Positions 29,115 through 38,457 of a stretch of DNA of 38,457 nucleotides are shown here, one piece after another. Position 1 is the first letter of the stretch, and each line of letters begins with the position of its first letter. This DNA is from Escherichia phage T7: the sequence record MZ375235.1; one strand, written 5' to 3'. Below the pieces are notes generated by a model. That model saw only the letters and a program-made list of their open reading frames with translations. It was not told the origin of the DNA and searched no databases. The translations under genes and the position numbers were made by a program.

Positions 29115-32100
29115 ATGGATAAGTACGATAAGAACGTACCAAGTGATTATGATGGTCTGTTCCAAAAGGCTGCTGATGCCAACGGGGTCTCTTATGACCT
29201 TTTACGTAAAGTCGCTTGGACAGAATCACGATTTGTGCCTACAGCAAAATCTAAGACTGGACCATTAGGCATGATGCAATTTACCAAGGCAACCGCTAAG
29301 GCCCTCGGTCTGCGAGTTACCGATGGTCCAGACGACGACCGACTGAACCCTGAGTTAGCTATTAATGCTGCCGCTAAGCAACTTGCAGGTCTGGTAGGGA
29401 AGTTTGATGGCGATGAACTCAAAGCTGCCCTTGCGTACAACCAAGGCGAGGGACGCTTGGGTAATCCACAACTTGAGGCGTACTCTAAGGGAGACTTCGC
29501 ATCAATCTCTGAGGAGGGACGTAACTACATGCGTAACCTTCTGGATGTTGCTAAGTCACCTATGGCTGGACAGTTGGAAACTTTTGGTGGCATAACCCCA
29601 AAGGGTAAAGGCATTCCGGCTGAGGTAGGATTGGCTGGAATTGGTCACAAGCAGAAAGTAACACAGGAACTTCCTGAGTCCACAAGTTTTGACGTTAAGG
29701 GTATCGAACAGGAGGCTACGGCGAAACCATTCGCCAAGGACTTTTGGGAGACCCACGGAGAAACACTTGACGAGTACAACAGTCGTTCAACCTTCTTCGG
29801 ATTCAAAAATGCTGCCGAAGCTGAACTCTCCAACTCAGTCGCTGGGATGGCTTTCCGTGCTGGTCGTCTCGATAATGGTTTTGATGTGTTTAAAGACACC
29901 ATTACGCCGACTCGCTGGAACTCTCACATCTGGACTCCAGAGGAGTTAGAGAAGATTCGAACAGAGGTTAAGAACCCTGCGTACATCAACGTTGTAACTG
30001 GTGGTTCCCCTGAGAACCTCGATGACCTCATTAAATTGGCTAACGAGAACTTTGAGAATGACTCCCGCGCTGCCGAGGCTGGCCTAGGTGCCAAACTGAG
30101 TGCTGGTATTATTGGTGCTGGTGTGGACCCGCTTAGCTATGTTCCTATGGTCGGTGTCACTGGTAAGGGCTTTAAGTTAATCAATAAGGCTCTTGTAGTT
30201 GGTGCCGAAAGTGCTGCTCTGAACGTTGCATCCGAAGGTCTCCGTACCTCCGTAGCTGGTGGTGACGCAGACTATGCGGGTGCTGCCTTAGGTGGCTTTG
30301 TGTTTGGCGCAGGCATGTCTGCAATCAGTGACGCTGTAGCTGCTGGACTGAAACGCAGTAAACCAGAAGCTGAGTTCGACAATGAGTTCATCGGTCCTAT
30401 GATGCGATTGGAAGCCCGTGAGACAGCACGAAACGCCAACTCTGCGGACCTCTCTCGGATGAACACTGAGAACATGAAGTTTGAAGGTGAACATAATGGT
30501 GTCCCTTATGAGGACTTACCAACAGAGAGAGGTGCCGTGGTGTTACATGATGGCTCCGTTCTAAGTGCAAGCAACCCAATCAACCCTAAGACTCTAAAAG
30601 AGTTCTCCGAGGTTGACCCTGAGAAGGCTGCGCGAGGAATCAAACTGGCTGGGTTCACCGAGATTGGCTTGAAGACCTTGGGGTCTGACGATGCTGACAT
30701 CCGTAGAGTGGCTATCGACCTCGTTCGCTCTCCTACTGGTATGCAGTCTGGTGCCTCAGGTAAGTTCGGTGCAACAGCTTCTGACATCCATGAGAGACTT
30801 CATGGTACTGACCAGCGTACTTATAATGACTTGTACAAAGCAATGTCTGACGCTATGAAAGACCCTGAGTTCTCTACTGGCGGCGCTAAGATGTCCCGTG
30901 AAGAAACTCGATACACTATCTACCGTAGAGCGGCACTAGCTATTGAGCGTCCAGAACTACAGAAGGCACTCACTCCGTCTGAGAGAATCGTTATGGACAT
31001 CATTAAGCGTCACTTTGACACCAAGCGTGAACTTATGGAAAACCCAGCAATATTCGGTAACACAAAGGCTGTGAGTATCTTCCCTGAGAGTCGCCACAAA
31101 GGTACTTACGTTCCTCACGTATATGACCGTCATGCCAAGGCGCTGATGATTCAACGCTACGGTGCCGAAGGTTTGCAGGAAGGGATTGCCCGCTCATGGA
31201 TGAACAGCTACGTCTCCAGACCTGAGGTCAAGGCCAGAGTCGATGAGATGCTTAAGGAATTACACGGGGTGAAGGAAGTAACACCAGAGATGGTAGAGAA
31301 GTACGCTATGGATAAGGCTTATGGTATCTCCCACTCAGACCAGTTCACCAACAGTTCCATAATAGAAGAGAACATTGAGGGCTTAGTAGGTATCGAGAAT
31401 AACTCATTCCTTGAGGCACGTAACTTGTTTGATTCGGACCTATCCATCACTATGCCAGACGGACAGCAATTCTCAGTGAATGACCTAAGGGACTTCGATA
31501 TGTTCCGCATCATGCCAGCGTATGACCGCCGTGTCAATAGTGACATCGCCATCATGGGGTCTACTGGTAAAACCACTAAGGAACTTAAGGATGAGATTTT
31601 GGCTCTCAAAGCGAAAGCTGAGGGAGACGGTAAGAAGACTGGCGAGGTACATGCTTTAATGGATACCGTTAAGATTCTTACTGGTCGTGCTAGACGCAAT
31701 CAGGACACTGTGTGGGAAACCTCACTGCGTGCCATCAATGACCTAGGGTTCTTCGCTAAGAACGCCTACATGGGTGCTCAGAACATTACGGAGATTGCTG
31801 GGATGATTGTCACTGGTAACGTTCGTGCTCTAGGGCATGGTATCCCAATTCTGCGTGATACACTCTACAAGTCTAAACCAGTTTCAGCTAAGGAACTCAA
31901 GGAACTCCATGCGTCTCTGTTCGGGAAGGAGGTGGACCAGTTGATTCGGCCTAAACGTGCTGACATTGTGCAGCGCCTAAGGGAAGCAACTGATACCGGA
32001 CCTGCCGTGGCGAACATCGTAGGGACCTTGAAGTATTCAACACAGGAACTGGCTGCTCGCTCTCCGTGGACTAAGCTACTGAACGGAACCACTAACTACC

Positions 32101-33071
32101 TTCTGGATGCTGCGCGTCAAGGTATGCTTGGGGATGTTATTAGTGCCACCCTAACAGGTAAGACTACCCGCTGGGAGAAAGAAGGCTTCCTTCGTGGTGC
32201 CTCCGTAACTCCTGAGCAGATGGCTGGCATCAAGTCTCTCATCAAGGAACATATGGTACGCGGTGAGGACGGGAAGTTTACCGTTAAGGACAAGCAAGCG
32301 TTCTCTATGGACCCACGGGCTATGGACTTATGGAGACTGGCTGACAAGGTAGCTGATGAGGCAATGCTGCGTCCACATAAGGTGTCCTTACAGGATTCCC
32401 ATGCGTTCGGAGCACTAGGTAAGATGGTTATGCAGTTTAAGTCTTTCACTATCAAGTCCCTTAACTCTAAGTTCCTGCGAACCTTCTATGATGGATACAA
32501 GAACAACCGAGCGATTGACGCTGCGCTGAGCATCATCACCTCTATGGGTCTCGCTGGTGGTTTCTATGCTATGGCTGCACACGTCAAAGCATACGCTCTG
32601 CCTAAGGAGAAACGTAAGGAGTACTTGGAGCGTGCACTGGACCCAACCATGATTGCCCACGCTGCGTTATCTCGTAGTTCTCAATTGGGTGTTCCTTTGG
32701 CTATGGTTGACCTAGTTGGTGGTGTTTTAGGGTTCGAGTCCTCCAAGATGGCTCGCTCTACGATTCTACCTAAGGACACCGTGAAGGAACGTGACCCAAA
32801 CAAACCGTACACCTCTAGAGAGGTAATGGGCGCTATGGGTTCAAACCTTCTGGAACAGATGCCTTCGGCTGGCTTTGTGGCTAACGTAGGGGCTACCTTA
32901 ATGAATGCTGCTGGCGTGGTCAACTCACCTAATAAAGCAACCGAGCAGGACTTCATGACTGGTCTTATGAACTCCACAAAAGAGTTAGTACCGAACGACC
33001 CATTGACTCAACAGCTTGTGTTGAAGATTTATGAGGCGAACGGTGTTAACTTGAGGGAGCGTAGGAAATAA
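29115..33071 (+). CDS. 16: Internal virion protein D (gp16) with N-terminal lytic transglycosylase domain
   Basis: ORF track 1318 aa; N-terminal segment ...VAWTESRFVPTAKSKTGPLGMMQF... resembles SLT motif. Confidence 0.96.
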   Translation: MDKYDKNVPSDYDGLFQKAADANGVSYDLLRKVAWTESRFVPTAKSKTGPLGMMQFTKATAKALGLRVTDGPDDDRLNPELAINAAAKQLAGLVGKFDGDELKAALAYNQGEGRLGNPQLEAYSKGDFASISEEGRNYMRNLLDVAKSPMAGQLETFGGITPKGKGIPAEVGLAGIGHKQKVTQELPESTSFDVKGIEQEATAKPFAKDFWETHGETLDEYNSRSTFFGFKNAAEAELSNSVAGMAFRAGRLDNGFDVFKDTITPTRWNSHIWTPEELEKIRTEVKNPAYINVVTGGSPENLDDLIKLANENFENDSRAAEAGLGAKLSAGIIGAGVDPLSYVPMVGVTGKGFKLINKALVVGAESAALNVASEGLRTSVAGGDADYAGAALGGFVFGAGMSAISDAVAAGLKRSKPEAEFDNEFIGPMMRLEARETARNANSADLSRMNTENMKFEGEHNGVPYEDLPTERGAVVLHDGSVLSASNPINPKTLKEFSEVDPEKAARGIKLAGFTEIGLKTLGSDDADIRRVAIDLVRSPTGMQSGASGKFGATASDIHERLHGTDQRTYNDLYKAMSDAMKDPEFSTGGAKMSREETRYTIYRRAALAIERPELQKALTPSERIVMDIIKRHFDTKRELMENPAIFGNTKAVSIFPESRHKGTYVPHVYDRHAKALMIQRYGAEGLQEGIARSWMNSYVSRPEVKARVDEMLKELHGVKEVTPEMVEKYAMDKAYGISHSDQFTNSSIIEENIEGLVGIENNSFLEARNLFDSDLSITMPDGQQFSVNDLRDFDMFRIMPAYDRRVNSDIAIMGSTGKTTKELKDEILALKAKAEGDGKKTGEVHALMDTVKILTGRARRNQDTVWETSLRAINDLGFFAKNAYMGAQNITEIAGMIVTGNVRALGHGIPILRDTLYKSKPVSAKELKELHASLFGKEVDQLIRPKRADIVQRLREATDTGPAVANIVGTLKYSTQELAARSPWTKLLNGTTNYLLDAARQGMLGDVISATLTGKTTRWEKEGFLRGASVTPEQMAGIKSLIKEHMVRGEDGKFTVKDKQAFSMDPRAMDLWRLADKVADEAMLRPHKVSLQDSHAFGALGKMVMQFKSFTIKSLNSKFLRTFYDGYKNNRAIDAALSIITSMGLAGGFYAMAAHVKAYALPKEKRKEYLERALDPTMIAHAALSRSSQLGVPLAMVDLVGGVLGFESSKMARSTILPKDTVKERDPNKPYTSREVMGAMGSNLLEQMPSAGFVANVGATLMNAAGVVNSPNKATEQDFMTGLMNSTKELVPNDPLTQQLVLKIYEANGVNLRERRK

Positions 33072-33091
33072 TACGACTCACTATAGGGAGA
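33069..33091 (+). promoter_or_regulatory. T7 RNAP class III promoter phi17
   Basis: Perfect consensus taatacgactcactatagggaga; +1 at 33086. Confidence 0.95.
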
Positions 33092-33143
33092 GGCGAAATA
33101 ATCTTCTCCCTGTAGTCTCTTAGATTTACTTTAAGGAGGTCAA

Positions 33144-34805
33144 ATGGCTAACGTAATTAAAACCGTTTTGACTTACCAGTTAGATGGCTCCAATCGTGAT
33201 TTTAATATCCCGTTTGAGTATCTAGCCCGTAAGTTCGTAGTGGTAACTCTTATTGGTGTAGACCGAAAGGTCCTTACGATTAATACAGACTATCGCTTTG
33301 CTACACGTACTACTATCTCTCTGACAAAGGCTTGGGGTCCAGCCGATGGCTACACGACCATCGAGTTACGTCGAGTAACCTCCACTACCGACCGATTGGT
33401 TGACTTTACGGATGGTTCAATCCTCCGCGCGTATGACCTTAACGTCGCTCAGATTCAAACGATGCACGTAGCGGAAGAGGCCCGTGACCTCACTACGGAT
33501 ACTATCGGTGTCAATAACGATGGTCACTTGGATGCTCGTGGTCGTCGAATTGTGAACCTAGCGAACGCCGTGGATGACCGCGATGCTGTTCCGTTTGGTC
33601 AACTAAAGACCATGAACCAGAACTCATGGCAAGCACGTAATGAAGCCTTACAGTTCCGTAATGAGGCTGAGACTTTCAGAAACCAAGCGGAGGGCTTTAA
33701 GAACGAGTCCAGTACCAACGCTACGAACACAAAGCAGTGGCGCGATGAGACCAAGGGTTTCCGAGACGAAGCCAAGCGGTTCGAGAATACGGCTGGTCAA
33801 TACGCTACATCTGCTGGGAACTCTGCTTCCGCTGCGCATCAATCTGAGGTAAACGCTGAGAACTCTGCCACAGCATCCGCTAACTCTGCTCATTTGGCAG
33901 AACAGCAAGCAGACCGTGCGGAACGTGAGGCAGACAAGCTGGAAAATTACAATGGATTGGCTGGTGCAATTGATAAGGTAGATGGAACCAATGTGTACTG
34001 GAAAGGAAATATTCACGCTAACGGGCGCCTTTACATGACCACAAACGGTTTTGACTGTGGCCAGTATCAACAGTTCTTTGGTGGTGTCACTAATCGTTAC
34101 TCTGTCATGGAGTGGGGAGATGAGAACGGATGGCTGATGTATGTTCAACGTAGAGAGTGGACAACAGCGATAGGCGGTAACATCCAGTTAGTAGTAAACG
34201 GACAGATCATCACCCAAGGTGGAGCCATGACCGGTCAGCTAAAATTGCAGAATGGGCATGTTCTTCAATTAGAGTCCGCATCCGACAAGGCGCACTATAT
34301 TCTATCTAAAGATGGTAACAGGAATAACTGGTACATTGGTAGAGGGTCAGATAACAACAATGACTGTACCTTCCACTCCTATGTACATGGTACGACCTTA
34401 ACACTCAAGCAGGACTATGCAGTAGTTAACAAACACTTCCACGTAGGTCAGGCCGTTGTGGCCACTGATGGTAATATTCAAGGTACTAAGTGGGGAGGTA
34501 AATGGCTGGATGCTTACCTACGTGACAGCTTCGTTGCGAAGTCCAAGGCGTGGACTCAGGTGTGGTCTGGTAGTGCTGGCGGTGGGGTAAGTGTGACTGT
34601 TTCACAGGATCTCCGCTTCCGCAATATCTGGATTAAGTGTGCCAACAACTCTTGGAACTTCTTCCGTACTGGCCCCGATGGAATCTACTTCATAGCCTCT
34701 GATGGTGGATGGTTACGATTCCAAATACACTCCAACGGTCTCGGATTCAAGAATATTGCAGACAGTCGTTCAGTACCTAATGCAATCATGGTGGAGAACG
34801 AGTAA
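33144..34805 (+). CDS. 17: Tail fiber protein gp17
   Basis: ORF track 553 aa. Confidence 0.97.
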   Translation: MANVIKTVLTYQLDGSNRDFNIPFEYLARKFVVVTLIGVDRKVLTINTDYRFATRTTISLTKAWGPADGYTTIELRRVTSTTDRLVDFTDGSILRAYDLNVAQIQTMHVAEEARDLTTDTIGVNNDGHLDARGRRIVNLANAVDDRDAVPFGQLKTMNQNSWQARNEALQFRNEAETFRNQAEGFKNESSTNATNTKQWRDETKGFRDEAKRFENTAGQYATSAGNSASAAHQSEVNAENSATASANSAHLAEQQADRAEREADKLENYNGLAGAIDKVDGTNVYWKGNIHANGRLYMTTNGFDCGQYQQFFGGVTNRYSVMEWGDENGWLMYVQRREWTTAIGGNIQLVVNGQIITQGGAMTGQLKLQNGHVLQLESASDKAHYILSKDGNRNNWYIGRGSDNNNDCTFHSYVHGTTLTLKQDYAVVNKHFHVGQAVVATDGNIQGTKWGGKWLDAYLRDSFVAKSKAWTQVWSGSAGGGVSVTVSQDLRFRNIWIKCANNSWNFFRTGPDGIYFIASDGGWLRFQIHSNGLGFKNIADSRSVPNAIMVENE

Positions 34806-34863
34806 TTGGTAAATCACAAGGAAAGACGTGTAGTCCACGGATGGACTCTCAAGGAGGTACAAG

Positions 34864-35067
34864 GTGCTATCATTAGACTTTAACAACGAATTGATTAAGG
34901 CTGCTCCAATTGTTGGGACGGGTGTAGCAGATGTTAGTGCTCGACTGTTCTTTGGGTTAAGCCTTAACGAATGGTTCTACGTTGCTGCTATCGCCTACAC
35001 AGTGGTTCAGATTGGTGCCAAGGTAGTCGATAAGATGATTGACTGGAAGAAAGCCAATAAGGAGTGA
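34864..35067 (+). CDS. 17.5: Holin gp17.5
   Basis: ORF track 67 aa with GTG start; hydrophobic segment and charged C-terminus KKANKE. Confidence 0.9.
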   Translation: MLSLDFNNELIKAAPIVGTGVADVSARLFFGLSLNEWFYVAAIAYTVVQIGAKVVDKMIDWKKANKE

Positions 35068-35072
35068 TATGT

Positions 35073-35342
35073 ATGGAAAAGGATAAGAGCCTTATTACAT
35101 TCTTAGAGATGTTGGACACTGCGATGGCTCAGCGTATGCTTGCGGACCTTTCGGACCATGAGCGTCGCTCTCCGCAACTCTATAATGCTATTAACAAACT
35201 GTTAGACCGCCACAAGTTCCAGATTGGTAAGTTGCAGCCGGATGTTCACATCTTAGGTGGCCTTGCTGGTGCTCTTGAAGAGTACAAAGAGAAAGTCGGT
35301 GATAACGGTCTTACGGATGATGATATTTACACATTACAGTGA
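35073..35342 (+). CDS. 18: Terminase small subunit (DNA maturation protein A, gp18)
   Basis: In ORF track frame 35064..35342; start MEKDKSLITFLEML at 35073; 89 aa. Confidence 0.93.
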   Translation: MEKDKSLITFLEMLDTAMAQRMLADLSDHERRSPQLYNAINKLLDRHKFQIGKLQPDVHILGGLAGALEEYKEKVGDNGLTDDDIYTLQ

Positions 35343-35390
35343 TATACTCAAGGCCACTACAGATAGTGGTCTTTATGGATGTCATTGTCT
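35340..35390 (+). promoter_or_regulatory. RNase III processing site R18.5 (approximate)
   Basis: Reference 36856 minus 1480; tatactcaaggccactacagatagtggtctttatgg contains inverted repeat ggccactac/agtggtc. Confidence 0.45.
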
Positions 35391-35436
35391 ATACGAGATG
35401 CTCCTACGTGAAATCTGAAAGTTAACGGGAGGCATT

Positions 35437-35868
35437 ATGCTAGAATTTTTACGTAAGCTAATCCCTTGGGTTCTCGCTGGGATGCTATTCGGGTTAGGAT
35501 GGCATCTAGGGTCAGACTCAATGGACGCTAAATGGAAACAGGAGGTACACAATGAGTACGTTAAGAGAGTTGAGGCTGCGAAGAGCACTCAAAGAGCAAT
35601 CGATGCGGTATCTGCTAAGTATCAAGAAGACCTTGCCGCGCTGGAAGGGAGCACTGATAGGATTATTTCTGATTTGCGTAGCGACAATAAGCGGTTGCGC
35701 GTCAGAGTCAAAACTACCGGAACCTCCGATGGTCAGTGTGGATTCGAGCCTGATGGTCGAGCCGAACTTGACGACCGAGATGCTAAACGTATTCTCGCAG
35801 TGACCCAGAAGGGTGACGCATGGATTCGTGCGTTACAGGATACTATTCGTGAACTGCAACGTAAGTAG
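35437..35868 (+). CDS. 18.5: gp18.5, Rz-like inner-membrane spanin
   Basis: ORF track 143 aa; N-terminal hydrophobic helix LIPWVLAGMLFGLGW. Confidence 0.92.
   Translation: MLEFLRKLIPWVLAGMLFGLGWHLGSDSMDAKWKQEVHNEYVKRVEAAKSTQRAIDAVSAKYQEDLAALEGSTDRIISDLRSDNKRLRVRVKTTGTSDGQCGFEPDGRAELDDRDAKRILAVTQKGDAWIRALQDTIRELQRK
35552..35803 (+). CDS. 18.7: gp18.7, Rz1-like outer-membrane spanin embedded in gene 18.5 in another frame
   Basis: ORF track 83 aa; lipobox-like LICVATISGCAS and Pro-rich segment. Confidence 0.85.
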   Translation: MSTLRELRLRRALKEQSMRYLLSIKKTLPRWKGALIGLFLICVATISGCASESKLPEPPMVSVDSSLMVEPNLTTEMLNVFSQ

Positions 35869-35889
35869 GAAATCAAGTAAGGAGGCAAT

Positions 35890-37650
35890 GTGTCTACTCA
35901 ATCCAATCGTAATGCGCTCGTAGTGGCGCAACTGAAAGGAGACTTCGTGGCGTTCCTATTCGTCTTATGGAAGGCGCTAAACCTACCGGTGCCCACTAAG
36001 TGTCAGATTGACATGGCTAAGGTGCTGGCGAATGGAGACAACAAGAAGTTCATCTTACAGGCTTTCCGTGGTATCGGTAAGTCGTTCATCACATGTGCGT
36101 TCGTTGTGTGGTCCTTATGGAGAGACCCTCAGTTGAAGATACTTATCGTATCAGCCTCTAAGGAGCGTGCAGACGCTAACTCCATCTTTATTAAGAACAT
36201 CATTGACCTGCTGCCATTCCTATCTGAGTTAAAGCCAAGACCCGGACAGCGTGACTCGGTAATCAGCTTTGATGTAGGCCCAGCCAATCCTGACCACTCT
36301 CCTAGTGTGAAATCAGTAGGTATCACTGGTCAGTTAACTGGTAGCCGTGCTGACATTATCATTGCGGATGACGTTGAGATTCCGTCTAACAGCGCAACTA
36401 TGGGTGCCCGTGAGAAGCTATGGACTCTGGTTCAGGAGTTCGCTGCGTTACTTAAACCGCTGCCTTCCTCTCGCGTTATCTACCTTGGTACACCTCAGAC
36501 AGAGATGACTCTCTATAAGGAACTTGAGGATAACCGTGGGTACACAACCATTATCTGGCCTGCTCTGTACCCAAGGACACGTGAAGAGAACCTCTATTAC
36601 TCACAGCGTCTTGCTCCTATGTTACGCGCTGAGTACGATGAGAACCCTGAGGCACTTGCTGGGACTCCAACAGACCCAGTGCGCTTTGACCGTGATGACC
36701 TGCGCGAGCGTGAGTTGGAATACGGTAAGGCTGGCTTTACGCTACAGTTCATGCTTAACCCTAACCTTAGTGATGCCGAGAAGTACCCGCTGAGGCTTCG
36801 TGACGCTATCGTAGCGGCCTTAGACTTAGAGAAGGCCCCAATGCATTACCAGTGGCTTCCGAACCGTCAGAACATCATTGAGGACCTTCCTAACGTTGGC
36901 CTTAAGGGTGATGACCTGCATACGTACCACGATTGTTCCAACAACTCAGGTCAGTACCAACAGAAGATTCTGGTCATTGACCCTAGTGGTCGCGGTAAGG
37001 ACGAAACAGGTTACGCTGTGCTGTACACACTGAACGGTTACATCTACCTTATGGAAGCTGGAGGTTTCCGTGATGGCTACTCCGATAAGACCCTTGAGTT
37101 ACTCGCTAAGAAGGCAAAGCAATGGGGAGTCCAGACGGTTGTCTACGAGAGTAACTTCGGTGACGGTATGTTCGGTAAGGTATTCAGTCCTATCCTTCTT
37201 AAACACCACAACTGTGCGATGGAAGAGATTCGTGCCCGTGGTATGAAAGAGATGCGTATTTGCGATACCCTTGAGCCAGTCATGCAGACTCACCGCCTTG
37301 TAATTCGTGATGAGGTCATTAGGGCCGACTACCAGTCCGCTCGTGACGTAGACGGTAAGCATGACGTTAAGTACTCGTTGTTCTACCAGATGACCCGTAT
37401 CACTCGTGAGAAAGGCGCTCTGGCTCATGATGACCGATTGGATGCCCTTGCGTTAGGCATTGAGTATCTCCGTGAGTCCATGCAGTTGGATTCCGTTAAG
37501 GTCGAGGGTGAAGTACTTGCTGACTTCCTTGAGGAACACATGATGCGTCCTACGGTTGCTGCTACGCATATCATTGAGATGTCTGTGGGAGGAGTTGATG
37601 TGTACTCTGAGGACGATGAGGGTTACGGTACGTCTTTCATTGAGTGGTGA
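35890..37650 (+). CDS. 19: Terminase large subunit (DNA maturation protein B, gp19)
   Basis: ORF track 586 aa with GTG start. Confidence 0.97.
36536..36793 (+). CDS. 19.2: gp19.2, ORF embedded in gene 19 in alternate frame
   Basis: In ORF track frame 36524..36793; reference 38016-38273 minus 1480 gives GTG start at 36536. Confidence 0.5.
37073..37246 (+). CDS. 19.3: gp19.3, ORF embedded in gene 19 in alternate frame
   Basis: ATG at 37073; reference 38553-38726 minus 1480; 57 aa. Confidence 0.5.
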
Positions 37651-37731
37651 TTTATGCATTAGGACTGCATAGGGATGCACTATAGACCACGGATGGTCAG
37701 TTCTTTAAGTTACTGAAAAGACACGATAAAT

Positions 37732-37754
37732 TAATACGACTCACTATAGGGAGA
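37732..37754 (+). promoter_or_regulatory. T7 RNAP promoter phiOR (right-end replication promoter)
   Basis: Perfect consensus ttaatacgactcactatagggaga; +1 at 37749. Confidence 0.95.
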
Positions 37755-37908
37755 GGAGGGACGAAAGGTTACTATATAGATACTGAATGAATACTTATAG
37801 AGTGCATAAAGTATGCATAATGGTGTACCTAGAGTGACCTCTAAGAATGGTGATTATATTGTATTAGTATCACCTTAACTTAAGGACCAACATAAAGGGA
37901 GGAGACTC

Positions 37909-38058
37909 ATGTTCCGCTTATTGTTGAACCTACTGCGGCATAGAGTCACCTACCGATTTCTTGTGGTACTTTGTGCTGCCCTTGGGTACGCATCTCTTAC
38001 TGGAGACCTCAGTTCACTGGAGTCTGTCGTTTGCTCTATACTCACTTGTAGCGATTAG
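37909..38058 (+). CDS. 19.5: gp19.5, small hydrophobic protein of unknown function
   Basis: ATG at 37909 after RBS aagggaggag; MFRLLLNLLRHRVTYRFLVVLCAALGYASLTGDLSSLESVVCSILTCSD; tag at 38056-38058. Confidence 0.88.
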   Translation: MFRLLLNLLRHRVTYRFLVVLCAALGYASLTGDLSSLESVVCSILTCSD

Positions 38059-38099
38059 GGTCTTCCTGACCGACTGATGGCTCACCGAGGGATTCAGCG

Positions 38100-38297
38100 G
38101 TATGATTGCATCACACCACTTCATCCCTATAGAGTCAAGTCCTAAGGTATACCCATAAAGAGCCTCTAATGGTCTATCCTAAGGTCTATACCTAAAGATA
38201 GGCCATCCTATCAGTGTCACCTAAAGAGGGTCTTAGAGAGGGCCTATGGAGTTCCTATAGGGTCCTTTAAAATATACCATAAAAATCTGAGTGACTA
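38100..38297. repeat. Right-end short repeat region (cctaaag / cctaagg family) before the terminal repeat
   Basis: Repeated tcctaaggt, acctaaaga and cacctaaagag motifs at 38100-38297, mirroring the left-end array. Confidence 0.75.
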
Positions 38298-38457
38298 TCT
38301 CACAGTGTACGGACCTAAAGTTCCCCCATAGGGGGTACCTAAAGCCCAGCCAATCACCTAAAGTCAACCTTCGGTTGACCTTGAGGGTTCCCTAAGGGTT
38401 GGGGATGACCCTTGGGTTTGTCTTTGGGTGTTACCTTGAGTGTCTCTCTGTGTCCCT
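38298..38457. repeat. Right terminal direct repeat (160 bp)
   Basis: Identical to bases 1-160. Confidence 0.95.

Overview
This window is an essentially complete, unit-length bacteriophage T7 genome (Escherichia phage T7, Autographiviridae) read left to right, from the 160-bp left terminal repeat (1-160) to the identical right terminal repeat (38298-38457). Identification is from memory of the T7 reference sequence, not from any search. All genes are on the + strand, and the full set of T7 RNA polymerase promoters is present (phiOL plus 16 others), with host promoters A1-A3 and terminators TE and Tphi at the expected places. The one structural difference from the 39,937-bp reference is a single 1,480-bp deletion in the early region: every feature from gene 1 to the right end sits at reference coordinate minus 1480. 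The deletion joins gene 0.3 (Ocr) in frame to the 3' third of gene 0.7, giving a 231-aa chimeric ORF (925-1620), and removes genes 0.4, 0.5, 0.6, host promoter B, RNase III site R0.5 and the gene 0.7 kinase domain. I do not see a previously undescribed system here; the deletion and fusion are the only non-canonical content I can support. Point substitutions relative to the reference cannot be excluded by eye. Regulatory-site coordinates (RNase III sites, origin) are approximate and derived from recalled reference positions.
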